NCBI GenBank assembly: GCA_050173015.1
Contig: JBFXLE010000003.1
Location: 96,001 to 160,000, forward strand
Length of the DNA: 64,000 bases
Reading direction: 5' to 3'
Source: Calditrichaceae bacterium
GTDB lineage: Bacteria > Calditrichota > Calditrichia > Calditrichales > JBFXGD01
Each line of letters begins with the position of its first letter. Position 1 is the stretch's first letter. Both the position numbers and the translations under genes were made by a program. The notes under the pieces are model-generated. The model was not told the origin of the DNA and did no database searches. It saw only the letters and a program-made list of their open reading frames with translations. Below, in pieces: positions 63,198 through 64,000 of this stretch.

Positions 63198-63470
63198 TTA
63201 ATGTTCTGTTAAATCCAGTTTATCAATGATGCCGGAAATCACCGCGTCAACAGGTTTCCCTTCAGTTAAGGCAGACTGACGGGCGGAACTTCCGGTAGTG
63301 ATGAGAACTATCTCGCCGGCTCCCGCTCCAACGCTGTCCGCCGCGACCACATAAGTGTTCTTTAAAGAAAAATCCAATTCCACGTGGCGGACAATTAACA
63401 ATTTTAATCCGACCAGTTTCTCGTCTTTCCGGGTAGCCCAGATTGTTCCTACAACTTTTCCGAGTATCAC
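63198..63470 (-). CDS. Bacterial microcompartment vertex protein (BMC-P, EutN/CcmL family)
   Basis: MILGKVVGTIWATRKDEKLVGLKLL, VAADSVGAGAGE, TGSSAR, PVDAVISGIID. Confidence 0.95.
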   Translation of the reverse strand: MILGKVVGTIWATRKDEKLVGLKLLIVRHVELDFSLKNTYVVAADSVGAGAGEIVLITTGSSARQSALTEGKPVDAVISGIIDKLDLTEH

Positions 63471-63484
63471 GCTATCCCCTGTCT

Positions 63485-64000
63485 CTAAATAATTTTATCA
63501 AGAAAACTTTTTCCAAATCCGGTTGACTCAACATTAAAATATTCCGCAAGAGTGGCTTGAAGATCAGCAAAGGATTCTCTAACTCCTATGTTCTGATCTT
63601 TTTTTAACGCCGGTCCAAATGCCACGACAGGAACATATTCCCGTGAATGATCCGTGCTTGTTGACGTCGGGTCATTCCCATGATCCGCTGTAAAAACTAC
63701 CAGATCATTTTCCTTTAATCCGGATTGAAAATCAGGCAACCAGGAATCAAACTCCTGCAATGCGCCATAAAATCCGCGCGGATTATTTCTATGTCCCCAA
63801 AGCATATCAAAATCGACCAGATTTGCCATTATTAAACCGGATCCTGTTTCTTTCATTTCATCCAGAATCGCCGCCATCCCCTCCGAATTTATCTTTGTGT
63901 TGATGCTTTTGGCGATGCCTGCTCTTGCATAAAGATCATTTATCTTACCAATCCCGACAGTAGGGATGCCTGCCTCTGTAAATATTTGATGCAATGTTTT
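63485..64000 (-). CDS. deoB: Phosphopentomutase, C-terminal part (5' end outside window)
   Basis: GIGKINDLY, ANLVDFDMLWGHRNN, FTADHGNDPT..STDHSREYVP, RESFADL. Confidence 0.93.
   Translation of the reverse strand, partial: KTLHQIFTEAGIPTVGIGKINDLYARAGIAKSINTKINSEGMAAILDEMKETGSGLIMANLVDFDMLWGHRNNPRGFYGALQEFDSWLPDFQSGLKENDLVVFTADHGNDPTSTSTDHSREYVPVVAFGPALKKDQNIGVRESFADLQATLAEYFNVESTGFGKSFLDKII

Overview
Gene-dense, AT-rich bacterial chromosomal window. The FCB-type primary sigma factor and overall gene content suggest a Calditrichota/FCB-group Gram-negative (inference). No rRNA, tRNA, CRISPR array or mobile element was recognised. In order: (i) a minus-strand envelope block with TolC-MFP-RND, TetR, a beta-barrel, MlaE-F-D, a second TetR and a secreted PHP-domain protein; (ii) an MFS transporter; (iii) a ~15.6-kb plus-strand accessory locus, which is the most interesting part. 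It encodes a 1713-aa cation-chloride cotransporter (SLC12/CCC) fused to a helical region and a P-loop NTPase/wHTH domain, an MscS-family protein, an atypical ATP-grasp enzyme, a soluble PAS histidine kinase and a sigma54 activator. A complete sigma54 promoter (three palindromic UAS, IHF site, -24/-12) then precedes two Ddl-like ATP-grasp ligases, a GNAT, a lysine 2,3-aminomutase and a GNAT-deacetylase fusion. I propose this is an ion/osmotic-stress-linked pathway for beta-lysine-containing peptides; (iv) an ECF sigma/anti-sigma/Spy-CpxP/lipoprotein/TolC-MacAB locus; (v) housekeeping genes (yrbG-like antiporter, fadD, pdxA, metH, M3 peptidase, queDEFC, pyrG, kdsB, gatC, CapA, CopZ, M23, sigma70), among them an Omp85 followed by a mini-TamB-like gene, and deoB followed by two microcompartment vertex genes at the right edge. 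All calls come from motif recognition only; no searches were run.
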